A stretch of 61,731 bases of DNA, the filler included, from Candidatus Babelota bacterium (GTDB lineage: Bacteria > JAGOBX01): assembly GCA_017999075.1 (NCBI GenBank). It is 9 parts of 9 records of this genome, joined end to end, with 100 filler letters (N's around TTAATTAATTAA, not from the genome) between each part and the next. Parts side by side here need not be neighbours in the genome. Positions count along the whole stretch, not along the records: positions 1 to 4,748 come from JAGOBX010000322.1; positions 4,849 to 9,593 come from JAGOBX010000323.1; 7 more parts are not named here. The stretch is one strand, 5' to 3'. Numbering within the stretch: position 1 is the first letter of the stretch; every line of letters starts with the position of its first letter. Of this stretch, positions 1 to 9,693 are shown piece by piece. Under the pieces are notes generated by a model. That model did not search any database. It had not been told where the DNA came from and saw only the letters and a list, made by a program, of their open reading frames with translations. The translations under genes were made by a program, and so were the position numbers.

Positions 1-322
1 CAATACCATAAGCATGAGCAGCATTCATAATATTCTGTGTTGCTGCGCTGCCGTCTTCAAGATAATATGTGGTATCTTCACAAAAAACGCATATACAGGC
101 AGGAGCAAACTCTATATACGGTCCGTTTTTAGGACACATATTTTTAATATTTAACCTTGATTCTTTATCTGTAACCACTACAAAAATCCACGGCTGTAAA
201 TTGCGGGCTGTTGCAGCTCTATGACCTGCATAAACTATTTTTTCAAGTATTTCTTTAGGTACGGGTTTTTCAAGAAATTCGCGAACGCTGCTGCGTGTTA
301 CCAATGATTCGTAAGCTGCCAT
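1..322 (-). CDS. Nitroreductase family protein (3' end runs off the window)
   Basis: Not in ORF track. Manual translation from ATG at 322 (AAGGAG RBS upstream): MAAYESLVTRSSVREFLEKPVPKEILEKIVYAGHRAATARNLQPWIFVVV...DGSAATQNIMNAAHAYG, with the RxSxR, NxQPW and QN motifs of nitroreductases. Confidence 0.9.
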   Translation of the reverse strand, partial: MAAYESLVTRSSVREFLEKPVPKEILEKIVYAGHRAATARNLQPWIFVVVTDKESRLNIKNMCPKNGPYIEFAPACICVFCEDTTYYLEDGSAATQNIMNAAHAYGI

Positions 323-392
323 ATATATTTCTCCTTATAATTTATTTAATCAAAATATTTATTCTATACAAATTCAAATCATAAAAAAAATA

Positions 393-1133
393 TTATTGTT
401 TAATTTCATTGTAAAGCAATACCGAATTTCCTTCCTTAATAAATTTTTGTTTAATCGGAGTCGGAGAATTTTCTGTTATTTCATCCGAATATGTTTTAAA
501 ATTAGTCAAAACATTATTAATAAATATCCGGCATTCAGGAACTTTAGGCAGATCCCCTGTATTTTTAAGTTCTTCTTCAACTTTATCCGGAGATAAATAA
601 TACGCTGATAACGTCAAAAACAAATCATAATCAAATTTAATCAGATATTCTGAAAGCATCATTGCTCCAATTTCAATATTTCCTGATGGAGTATTTGAAT
701 CTTTAACTTTTTTTTCAGCTACCCAATTTTTTTTTATTCCTGCAATCCCCAGCCTTCCGTCATTATTATAATTAACATCAAATTTCGTTAATGATTTTAT
801 TACTGCTTTAAGCAGAGCAAACTCTATTCCATGTTTTGCGGCTGCAACAGATATTTCTTTATCGAACAGGAATTCACTCTGTTCAGCAGGATCCAATAAT
901 TTAATTTGTTCTTCAGCCTGTTTCAATTCTTGAATTTCGTCATTATTTGCATAAATAATTTTATACTGATCTGATTTTTCCACTATTTTTTTATCTGATG
1001 TTTTATCAATTGAATTCGTCAAAAACAATTTATTATTATCGTCTTTATACAAATAAATTGTAGCATTACAATTTACAGCGATAAAAATTATTATTAAAAC
1101 AGGGAATAATAAAATTTCAATTATTTTATTCAT
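393..1133 (-). CDS. Secreted SLT-type lytic transglycosylase-like protein with degenerate catalytic motifs and DUF4124-like N-terminus
   Basis: Signal peptide, IYLYKDDNNKLFLTN, then ISVAAAKHGIEFALLKAVIK...NIEIGAMML...LSAYY; canonical AES, GLMQ and AYNAG motifs are altered. Confidence 0.7.
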   Translation of the reverse strand: MNKIIEILLFPVLIIIFIAVNCNATIYLYKDDNNKLFLTNSIDKTSDKKIVEKSDQYKIIYANNDEIQELKQAEEQIKLLDPAEQSEFLFDKEISVAAAKHGIEFALLKAVIKSLTKFDVNYNNDGRLGIAGIKKNWVAEKKVKDSNTPSGNIEIGAMMLSEYLIKFDYDLFLTLSAYYLSPDKVEEELKNTGDLPKVPECRIFINNVLTNFKTYSDEITENSPTPIKQKFIKEGNSVLLYNEIKQ

Positions 1134-1143
1134 AATTTATTTA

Positions 1144-2697
1144 TCAATAAACTCCTACTTTAGAAAGATTTTTTTTAGCCACCTGATTATCAGGATTCAG
1201 TTCTAAAACTTTTTTATACAATCTTATAGCTTCCTGCGTATTGCGCAAACGTCCGTTAACTGCTGCCAGATATAACAAAGAATCAATATCCGCAGGATTA
1301 TTTTTTACAGCATTTTCAAGAGATAGTTTTGCTTCTGCATATTGTTTAGCCATATAATGAGTTACGCCTTTATTGTACCATACCCGCGAATTTGACGGAT
1401 CAAGTTTTGCCGCTTTTTCATAAAAAGAAGCAGCCTGATTAAAATCTTCGTCGCCAAAAGCCATTTTTGCGCGTTCAAGCAAAGATTCAACTTCTTGTTC
1501 AACTTTTTCTTTTTGTTCAGGAGTAACCATTAATTTTTCTACAGGTGCAGGTTCAATTTCTTTTTTTTGAGTGTCCTCATCCTGAATTGAATTTACAGAT
1601 TCTTTCCCCTGCTGTTTATTAGAATCTTTAAATCCGACTTTTTTTACATTTGTTCCGCAATACGGACAAAAATTAGCATTTTCCGGCAGTTCATTAAAAC
1701 ATACCATACATTTATTTTCATGAATATTTTTCATTATTTCAAGTTTTGTTCCGTCATTAGGACAAAATCTTTCATCGCTTTCCGCTTCATAACCGCATAT
1801 AGAACAATATCTCCCTTCAATTTGTTTTACTTCTTTTACTTTTTCAGGTTCTTTAGAATAATCTTTCCATCTGTATTTCATATATTCATTTGATACAGCC
1901 AATACTCCAAAATATTTTTGAAATCCTATTTTAGCCGAAAAATCAGCACTTCCGTTCTGCATTCCTGAAGATAATGCACCTGTCAATATAACATCTGCAT
2001 CCAGTTTATATTTTGCTCCTAAAGTTATTTCTCCTGCATTGGCAAACACATTAGCAAATTTTTGACTTCCAGAATATTCAAGAGTCAAATTTAAATCTTT
2101 CATGGCAGGATAGTTATAACCTATCCCGTATGTCAAACGGTTTTTCATATCAATCAACGCGCCGTTTTCAAAAAACTCAAATTTTCCCTGAACATATTCA
2201 TATCCTAAATTAACAAAAAAAGTCCCTATTTCTATTGGAATATCATATAATAAATCTCCAGAAGCATACATTCCGTCAGCAGAATAATAACTCCTTCCGT
2301 TCATTGAAAATCCAACCCGCATTCTAATTGACAGCTCTTTCCATAATCCTATTTTAGACACTATTCCAATTTTTGAAAGAGTAGTTCTGTTTGAAGAAGA
2401 TAATCCGCTGCCAATTTCTGTTTTTTGATTGTCAACCTGAAGTTCAAGTCCTACTTCACGGTTTTTCGAAAGACCGTATCTTGCGTTAAAAGGTATAGAC
2501 AAAACATCTATCGATAATGTTCCATTACCCGATTCAGGTTTTAATGAAGGTTTATAATTAAATGATCCGTCCAATATAATTTCACCTTTATATAATACTT
2601 TCGAACTTTCAATATTGGTTCCGTCAACACGGATAAACGAATATGAAACAGTATTAAAAATAATTATAAATGCAATAACAATAAATATTTTTTTCAT
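1144..2697 (-). CDS. Outer-membrane beta-barrel protein fused to two zinc-ribbon motifs and C-terminal TPRs
   Basis: Signal peptide; ~240 aa of amphipathic strands ending KIGFQKYF; CSIC..FCPNDG and CMVC..FCPYCG; TPR helices (VWYNKGVTHY, AIRLYKKVLELNPDN). Confidence 0.7.
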   Translation of the reverse strand: MKKIFIVIAFIIIFNTVSYSFIRVDGTNIESSKVLYKGEIILDGSFNYKPSLKPESGNGTLSIDVLSIPFNARYGLSKNREVGLELQVDNQKTEIGSGLSSSNRTTLSKIGIVSKIGLWKELSIRMRVGFSMNGRSYYSADGMYASGDLLYDIPIEIGTFFVNLGYEYVQGKFEFFENGALIDMKNRLTYGIGYNYPAMKDLNLTLEYSGSQKFANVFANAGEITLGAKYKLDADVILTGALSSGMQNGSADFSAKIGFQKYFGVLAVSNEYMKYRWKDYSKEPEKVKEVKQIEGRYCSICGYEAESDERFCPNDGTKLEIMKNIHENKCMVCFNELPENANFCPYCGTNVKKVGFKDSNKQQGKESVNSIQDEDTQKKEIEPAPVEKLMVTPEQKEKVEQEVESLLERAKMAFGDEDFNQAASFYEKAAKLDPSNSRVWYNKGVTHYMAKQYAEAKLSLENAVKNNPADIDSLLYLAAVNGRLRNTQEAIRLYKKVLELNPDNQVAKKNLSKVGVY

Positions 2698-2730
2698 TAA
2701 TTTTTACTCCTATTTTTGACTGATAATTAT

Positions 2731-3630
2731 TTATTTCATATCTACCATTTTTTCAATTTTCTTTATATTTGAATTAGCCAGTTCATCGTTAGGCATCAAT
2801 CTTAACAGACGTTTCCAATATATTAAAGACAACACAGGTTTATCAAGTTTTAAATAAGTATACGCCACATATTTTAAAGCTTCCACATCTTCAGGATTTT
2901 TTTTATAAACGTCTTCAATCATAGAATTTGCTTCAATATAATTCCCGAGTTTCATTTGCGTCACGCCGATATTAAATTTTATAACCGAATTATCAGAATC
3001 TAAATCAAAAGCAGATTTATAAGATTCAAGAGCTTTTTCAAAATTATTATTGTTAAAATAATCATTACCTTCTTTTATAAGCTTATCAATCTTATTAATT
3101 TTTGAAATTTCTTCGGAATTAAGTTCAATTTCCGCTTTATTATCCTTTACAATAGTATTATTCTGATGATTAATTATAATGTTAACAGACTGGTCATTTT
3201 TCTGTTTGTCCGTATTAGCTTCATCCGAATTTGTATTTTCAGCACTGGAATCAATTTTCTGCTGTTCTTCAGGCAGTTTTAATTTTATATCATTCAGCAT
3301 TTCTTTAACAAAAATTATGAATTTAGAATCAGGATAATTTTTGTTAACCCTGTCCAAATATATTTTCGATTCCTGTAAATTGCCAAGTTTATAATAACAT
3401 TGCCCTATCATATAAAGAAGCGTTGATGCCCATTCTTTATTTTCAGCTTTGGTTAGTAACCCTTTAAATTCAATAGCTGCCGCATCATATTTATTTAAAT
3501 TCATAAGTTTTACGGCATAAGTATAATTATCCTGAAAAACCGATTGTTTACATTCAGCATATTCAATGTTTGTAAACAACATCGCAGCTGTAATAAAAAT
3601 TACTGTTACATACATTACTTTGTTTATCAC
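2731..3630 (-). CDS. Secreted TPR protein (CpoB/BamD-like N-terminal TPRs plus a second TPR block)
   Basis: Signal peptide; LYMIGQCYYKLG...NKNYPDSK; second block GNDYFNNNNFEKALESYKSA. Confidence 0.8.
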   Translation of the reverse strand: MINKVMYVTVIFITAAMLFTNIEYAECKQSVFQDNYTYAVKLMNLNKYDAAAIEFKGLLTKAENKEWASTLLYMIGQCYYKLGNLQESKIYLDRVNKNYPDSKFIIFVKEMLNDIKLKLPEEQQKIDSSAENTNSDEANTDKQKNDQSVNIIINHQNNTIVKDNKAEIELNSEEISKINKIDKLIKEGNDYFNNNNFEKALESYKSAFDLDSDNSVIKFNIGVTQMKLGNYIEANSMIEDVYKKNPEDVEALKYVAYTYLKLDKPVLSLIYWKRLLRLMPNDELANSNIKKIEKMVDMK

Positions 3631-3672
3631 AGGTAATTTCTCCTTAAAATATTATTTATATTTTTATAAAAA

Positions 3673-4449
3673 TTATTTTTGCAAAGGAAGAGTATACTGA
3701 TAAAATTCATATCCTGTTTTTTCAAGATATTTTATCTGACTTCTCGGTATTAAGTCTTCCAATACTCCAGACAAAGTGTCGCCCCATATAATTTTTGCTG
3801 TTTTTGAATCTGTTATTCTTATGCTCAACTTTACAAGCGCAGACCGTTTCACCTGATATGCTCCTGATTCATCACGCTCTGATATTTTGTAATATTTCAC
3901 GCCTGATTCAAGAATTCTATATGATATGACAAAATCACATGTTTCTATAGAATTGGTCCCCAAATCCTGATTTACTTTAGTTGGAACTATTTGAATTTTT
4001 TTTCCGTAATCAACATCATATTTAGGTAATTCTGACTTTACTTTATCCTGTTCCTCTGAAGGAGGAAGAGTGAAAGATTTCATTTTATCATTTCCTTCCT
4101 GATAAGCCAATCTTATCAAAACATCTTTATCCCGTTCATATACTGAAAATCCGCTTTTTGTCAATGCCGAAATTATCGCATCTTCAATTAATGAATTTAA
4201 AGGATTATCAGTTTTTTCAACTGATTCCATAGACATAATTATATATTTTTTGTCTTGTTTCAATAAAGGTACCGTAACTATTTGAGTTGCGGCTTCACGC
4301 GCAGCAGATTCTATTATTTCTGCATTCAAATCTTTCTGAAGAAATTGTGAATTAGGAAGCTTGCCAATACTGCCCTGGTTTAACCCAGAACAACCTATCA
4401 TAAAAAATAATCCAGTTAAACAAATAATTAATATACGAAAATGTTTCAT
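3673..4449 (-). CDS. Lipoprotein, CsgG/LpoB/TolB-N-like fold
   Basis: Lipobox-like MIGC; IISALTKSGFSVYERD and VKLSIRITDSKTAKIIWG match the CsgG/LpoB pattern. Confidence 0.65.
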   Translation of the reverse strand: MKHFRILIICLTGLFFMIGCSGLNQGSIGKLPNSQFLQKDLNAEIIESAAREAATQIVTVPLLKQDKKYIIMSMESVEKTDNPLNSLIEDAIISALTKSGFSVYERDKDVLIRLAYQEGNDKMKSFTLPPSEEQDKVKSELPKYDVDYGKKIQIVPTKVNQDLGTNSIETCDFVISYRILESGVKYYKISERDESGAYQVKRSALVKLSIRITDSKTAKIIWGDTLSGVLEDLIPRSQIKYLEKTGYEFYQYTLPLQK

Positions 4450-4543
4450 ACAAATGCCTCCATAAAATTTTCTATTGTTTTTATTTTTTTAAAATCATTG
4501 TATTTGTATTGCCATTTTAAAATTGTTTGCATTAAAATTCAAC

Positions 4544-4748
4544 TTATTTTTTTATTTTTTTTATTTCTGATTTCCAAAATTCTTCCAATTTTATTTTTCT
4601 CCGTTTTTCTTCAATAAACAAATGTACAACAATACTTCCAAAATCAACTAAAATCCAGCCGCTGCCGTCATTCAATCCTTCAACAGATATAGGCGGAATC
4701 CCATTTTTTTTAATTTTAAGTATAATATCTTCAGCAATTGTTTTCAAA
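4544..4748 (-). CDS. rsfS: Ribosome silencing factor, 5'-truncated at contig edge
   Basis: VEG...WILVDFGSIVVHLF...R...LEEFW signature. Confidence 0.85.
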
Positions 4749-4848
4749 NNNNNNNNNNNNNNNNNNNNNNNNNNNNNNNNNNNNNNNNNNNNTTAATTAA
4801 TTAANNNNNNNNNNNNNNNNNNNNNNNNNNNNNNNNNNNNNNNNNNNN
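4749..4848. other. Artificial contig linker
   Basis: 100 bp: N-run, TTAATTAATTAA (stops in all six frames), N-run. Confidence 0.98.
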
Positions 4849-5060
4849 CAAATATATTCAGTGAATCAAAACTTCTTAATATTGATGACAATAATAAATC
4901 ATTGATAAAAGAAAAATATCTTGAAAAAATTAAAATAAATCCTGATTCTTCAAATGCCGAACTTATTACTGAACTTTATGAAGAAATGATTAAAGCGTCT
5001 CAATCGCTTAATTTTGAATATGCGGCCGAACTGCGTGATTTAATTAAATCTTTAAAATAA
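4849..5060 (+). CDS. uvrB: C-terminal UVR domain, most likely the end of excinuclease ABC subunit B
   Basis: Not in ORF track. Translates ...ELITELYEEMIKASQSLNFEYAAELRDLIKSLK*, a UVR coiled-coil motif at the extreme C-terminus. Confidence 0.7.
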
Positions 5061-5066
5061 AAAAAT

Positions 5067-6023
5067 ATGAGAACATTATTATTTGACGGACAACTAAAAT
5101 TAGCAGACATAGAAATTCCTAAACCATTAAAGGGAGAAGTATTAATAAAAGTACTTTATTCCTCAATATGCAATACTGATATAGAATTAACAAAAGGATA
5201 TATGGACTTTTATGGAACGCCAGGGCATGAATTTGTAGGAGAAGTAATTTCTGAAACAAGCAGTCTTTTCAAAAAGAAAGTCGTAGGTGAAATAAATTGT
5301 TCCTGCGGAAAATGCGTAATGTGCAGGAAAAACAGAACAACTCATTGTTTGGACAGAACAGTTTTAGGAATTTACAGGAAACAGGGAGTCTTCGCGGAAT
5401 ATATAACTTTACCTGAACACAATTTACACGTTATTCCTGAAGATTCAGACATTGATATAACTGATTATATTTTTACAGAACCGCTTGCAGCAGCATATGA
5501 AATTTTCGAACAAACACATATAACTTCCAATGATAAAATTTTTATTTTTGGAACAGGTAAACTCGGAATACTGGTTTCATTGTTATGCAAAAGATTCGGG
5601 ATGAATTATACTGCTTTCAATAAAAACGATTACAAAATCAAAGTATGTTCAAGTCTCGGAATCAATTCCAAAAATATTTCAGAGTTATCTTTTTCTGATT
5701 ATGCCGACATATGCATAGATTGTTCAGGCAATCCTGAAGGATTGAATTTATCTATAAATCATTTATATCCGCGCGGCAAACTTGTTTTAAAATCTACAAT
5801 TGCAGATAAACACAAAATTGATTTTAACCAGATTATAGTAAATGAACTTGAACTTATAGGTTCCAGATGCGGTCCATTTAAGCCGGCACTGAATTTAATT
5901 AATCAAAATATAATAAATTTTAAACCTCTGGTATCAAAAATTTTTAGTTTCGAAAATATTCTGGAAGCGTTCAATTTTGCGAATACAAACAAAAATATTT
6001 TCAAAATAATAATCAAACATTAA
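5067..6023 (+). CDS. Zn-dependent alcohol dehydrogenase-like (MDR) oxidoreductase
   Basis: ICNTD, GHEFVG, CGKCVMC...HC, GTGKLG, GSRCGPF. Confidence 0.9.
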   Translation: MRTLLFDGQLKLADIEIPKPLKGEVLIKVLYSSICNTDIELTKGYMDFYGTPGHEFVGEVISETSSLFKKKVVGEINCSCGKCVMCRKNRTTHCLDRTVLGIYRKQGVFAEYITLPEHNLHVIPEDSDIDITDYIFTEPLAAAYEIFEQTHITSNDKIFIFGTGKLGILVSLLCKRFGMNYTAFNKNDYKIKVCSSLGINSKNISELSFSDYADICIDCSGNPEGLNLSINHLYPRGKLVLKSTIADKHKIDFNQIIVNELELIGSRCGPFKPALNLINQNIINFKPLVSKIFSFENILEAFNFANTNKNIFKIIIKH

Positions 6024-6027
6024 AAAA

Positions 6028-6663
6028 ATGAGACGTAATTTTCTTATAAAATTCAATCAAATACAAGTCGAAACGCCGTATAACGCTATTTTATCAAGAC
6101 TTGGATACAATAAACATTTAACTGATATGAATGAAAAAACCAGTATGAAAATTAATGATAGTATAAATTATGCTAAAAATCTTTGCGAACCTGCTGGATG
6201 TTTTTATATTACGAAAATAGAAAAAAATCACGGCGGAACCGTTCGAATACAAAACGGAATAGAATTTAACAGCACCAATGTTTCAAAACTTTTAAACGGA
6301 AGCTCTGAGATAATTTTTTTTGCTGGAACCGTAGGTGAAAATATAATACATGAAATTGAAAATGAAATAAAAAATGAAAAAGCTTCTACTGCATTAATTT
6401 ATGACGCAGTAGCTTCAGAAACGACTGATGCTGTAATGGACTGGATGATTTCTTACTTTTCTTCTGAATTGCTGAGAGAAGGATTAAAACCGACTAAGTC
6501 GAGATATAGCGCAGGTTACGGCGATTTAGGTTTGGAAAACCAAAAAAAATTTTATGAAATCCTAAGATTAAACGAATTAGGAATTAAATTAACTCAAGAA
6601 TTTATACTTGTTCCTGAAAAATCAGTTACAGCGTTATGCGGAGTAGAACAAATTATAAATTAA
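6028..6663 (+). CDS. Stand-alone methionine synthase reactivation-domain protein
   Basis: RYSAGYGDL, LVPEKSVTALCG; directly upstream of a MetH lacking this domain. Confidence 0.85.
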   Translation: MRRNFLIKFNQIQVETPYNAILSRLGYNKHLTDMNEKTSMKINDSINYAKNLCEPAGCFYITKIEKNHGGTVRIQNGIEFNSTNVSKLLNGSSEIIFFAGTVGENIIHEIENEIKNEKASTALIYDAVASETTDAVMDWMISYFSSELLREGLKPTKSRYSAGYGDLGLENQKKFYEILRLNELGIKLTQEFILVPEKSVTALCGVEQIIN

Positions 6664-6677
6664 GGAAATGATTAATT

Positions 6678-9077
6678 ATGAACAAAAAACAATTTGCGGA
6701 TTTATGTTCTGAAAAAATTTTAATTTTGGACGGAGCTACTGGAACCGAGCTTCAAAAATACGGAATTCCTAAAGAAGTATGTCCTGAAAAATGGGTGTTT
6801 GACAATCCGAAAGTAATACAAGAAATTCAAAAAAAATATGTTAATTCAGGTTCCGATATAGTATTTGCATGCACATTCGGCGCCAACAGAATTAAATTAT
6901 CTGAATATGGTTTGGAAAACGAACTTAATACCTTAAATAAAAAACTTGTTGAAATATCAAAAAACGCTGATAAAACTCAATATTACGTAGCGGGAGACGT
7001 GGCTCCTACAGGTAGATTTGTCGAACCTTTCGGAGATTTAAAATTTGAAGAAGCTGTTTCGGTTTTCAAAGAACAGATTGCAGAGCTTGTGTCAGGCGGA
7101 GCTGATTTGATTGTTATAGAAACAATGATGGACATTCAGGAAACCAGAGCTGCATTAATTGCAGCTAAAGAAATCTGTAATCTTCCTGTTATGGTAACAA
7201 TGACTTTTTCAGACGAAGGCAGAACATTAACAGGAACAGACTCTATTACAGCATTAATTACGCTTCAATCATTAGGCGCTGACGCATTCGGATGTAATTG
7301 TTCAACAGGTCCAGAATCAATGATAAAATTAATTGAAGGCATAAAGCCTTACGCAAAAATTCCATTAATAGCCAAACCAAATGCAGGTTTACCTTTACTT
7401 AAAGACGGGAAAACATATTTCAGCATGAATTCAGAAGAATTCGGAAAATACATTCCTAAATTCATAGAAGCAGGAGTAAATATTATAGGAGGCTGCTGCG
7501 GAACGACTCCTGATTATATCAAGCAAATTAAAATTAATACTGCAGGAATAAAACCTAATAAAACAATACATAAAACAGAATATTCGGCAGTTACTTCTTC
7601 AAGAAAAACATTTTTTTTCGGCAAAAATTATCCTACGGCAATAATCGGCGAACGTATAAATCCCACAGGGAAAAAAAATCTTCAGGAAGAATTAAAATCA
7701 GGTAAATTCAATATTGTACGTCAATTTGCATTCGAACAGACAGCAGCCGGAGCTTCAATACTTGACGTAAATGTAGGTATGCCGAACATAAACGAAAAAC
7801 AAAAAATGATTGAAACTATTGGTTTTTTAAGTAAAAATATAGATACTCCGTTATGTCTGGATTCATCAGATCCTGACACTATTGAATCTGCATTAAGGCT
7901 ATATCCTGGCAGAGCGCTTATAAATTCAATTTCAGGCGAACCCCACAAAATCGATAAACTACTTGATGCTGCAAAAAAATACGGAGCAATGTTTATCATA
8001 CTTCCGCTTAACAGCAAAACTGTTCCAAAAACATCTTCAGACCGAATAGAAATAATCAATCAAATTATAAGTGAATCTGTAAAGCGAGGATTTACAAATT
8101 ATGATTATATAGTTGATGGTCTGGTTATGACCATTTCGTCAAATCCTGATTCTGCTATTGAAACATTGCAAGTTATAAAATATTGTTCTGAACAATTAAA
8201 TTGCAACACAGTTATCGGACTTTCAAACATATCGTTCGGTCTGCCGGAACGCAGTTTTATAAATTCATCATTTTTAACAATGGCTGCGGCTTACGGGTTA
8301 ACTTTGACAATAGCTAATCCTTCGGACGAACTGCTTATTTCTATTAAATCAGCTTCAGATTCACTTCTTATGAAAGACAAAAATTGCAAATTGTATATTC
8401 ATTTAATGACTAAAAAACAATCGCAGTTTACTGAAGACAAAAATCAGGGAAAAACATTAAGTCCAGAAGAACTTATCTTCAACGCTGTACTTGAAGGCGA
8501 TTATGACAATATTGAAAAATATATAAAATCAGCGCTTGACTTAAAATCAATTCCTGAAGAAATAATAAACAAAACACTTATTCCTGCAATCTCGAAAGTT
8601 GGAGAATTATTCGATAAAAAACAGTACTTTCTTCCTCAGCTTATTTCAAGCGCCGAAACAATGAAAAAAGGATTTAAATTGCTTGAACCAATGATTTCTA
8701 AAACAGATGTTAATAAAAAATTAATTACAGTAGTAATGGCTACTGTAAAAGGCGATATTCATGACATAGGAAAAAATATTGTAAGTCTTATGATGAAAAA
8801 TTATGGCATTAACGTAATTGACCTTGGAAAAGACGTTTCAGCAGAAAACATCATAGACGCAGCTTTAAATTATAATGCAGATTTCATTGCTTTATCTGCT
8901 TTAATGACTACTACTATGCCTCAAATGAAAATTGTAGCAGATATGGTTAAACAAAAAAATATTCGCGTAAGGATTATAGTTGGCGGAGCAGTTGTTACCC
9001 AAAAATACGCAGAAGAAATAGGTGTTTATGGATATGCCGGAGATGCTTTTGCCGCAGTTAAATTAGTCGGTTGTTAA
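6678..9077 (+). CDS. metH: Cobalamin-dependent methionine synthase (Hcy-binding, pterin-binding and B12-binding domains)
   Basis: LDGATGTEL, GCNCS, GGCCGT, IGERINPTG, GDIHDIGKNIV. Confidence 0.95.
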   Translation: MNKKQFADLCSEKILILDGATGTELQKYGIPKEVCPEKWVFDNPKVIQEIQKKYVNSGSDIVFACTFGANRIKLSEYGLENELNTLNKKLVEISKNADKTQYYVAGDVAPTGRFVEPFGDLKFEEAVSVFKEQIAELVSGGADLIVIETMMDIQETRAALIAAKEICNLPVMVTMTFSDEGRTLTGTDSITALITLQSLGADAFGCNCSTGPESMIKLIEGIKPYAKIPLIAKPNAGLPLLKDGKTYFSMNSEEFGKYIPKFIEAGVNIIGGCCGTTPDYIKQIKINTAGIKPNKTIHKTEYSAVTSSRKTFFFGKNYPTAIIGERINPTGKKNLQEELKSGKFNIVRQFAFEQTAAGASILDVNVGMPNINEKQKMIETIGFLSKNIDTPLCLDSSDPDTIESALRLYPGRALINSISGEPHKIDKLLDAAKKYGAMFIILPLNSKTVPKTSSDRIEIINQIISESVKRGFTNYDYIVDGLVMTISSNPDSAIETLQVIKYCSEQLNCNTVIGLSNISFGLPERSFINSSFLTMAAAYGLTLTIANPSDELLISIKSASDSLLMKDKNCKLYIHLMTKKQSQFTEDKNQGKTLSPEELIFNAVLEGDYDNIEKYIKSALDLKSIPEEIINKTLIPAISKVGELFDKKQYFLPQLISSAETMKKGFKLLEPMISKTDVNKKLITVVMATVKGDIHDIGKNIVSLMMKNYGINVIDLGKDVSAENIIDAALNYNADFIALSALMTTTMPQMKIVADMVKQKNIRVRIIVGGAVVTQKYAEEIGVYGYAGDAFAAVKLVGC

Positions 9078-9100
9078 ATTTTATAATTAAAAAGGATATT

Positions 9101-9593
9101 ATGAAATACTTTAATTTTATTAAAAAATCAGCTTTTTTATTTTTTATTCTGCTGATAATATTTTTTCATGGTTATGCAGTTTATTCAGGAACAATTGAAT
9201 TATTTAACGGCGGTTTTATTAATTTCAGCAAAATTAATTTAACTCGCGATACTGCGGTCACAGATAAAAAAAACATAATACAGGTTTCAGAAATAAAAAA
9301 AATCGAATTTATAAAAAATGATATAACTGATACCAGCATTAATCAAATCAGCAAGCAGGCGAGAAATGATTCTGCTGCTAAAAATGTTATAGATGATAAT
9401 TTTCGGCTTATGGAAGTAAAAGCTGATGTTATGAAAACAAAATATCAGGGAGTAGGAGCAGTAATAATTCTTGATGAAGGATGGCAGCAAATTTTTCCTG
9501 ACGGAAAACATATCTACAAATACCATTTTATAGGGAAAATATACAATGAAGATTATTTAAATTGGGGGGTAATAAATTTATACTATACGGAAG
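9101..9593 (+). CDS. Secreted protein, probable DUF3857 (transglutaminase-associated) N-terminus; 3'-truncated
   Basis: ATG at 9101 after AAAGGA; signal peptide; YQGVGAVIILDEG...FPDG..IYKYHFIGKI resembles the DUF3857 start. Runs into the linker. Confidence 0.5.
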
Positions 9594-9693
9594 NNNNNNN
9601 NNNNNNNNNNNNNNNNNNNNNNNNNNNNNNNNNNNNNTTAATTAATTAANNNNNNNNNNNNNNNNNNNNNNNNNNNNNNNNNNNNNNNNNNNN
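9594..9693. other. Artificial contig linker
   Basis: 100-bp N-TTAATTAATTAA-N. Confidence 0.98.

Noticed and set aside
4793..4804. Recurring TTAATTAATTAA palindrome (8 copies) as a biological repeat
   Set aside because: Always centred in a 100-bp N block; it is a six-frame-stop assembly linker.
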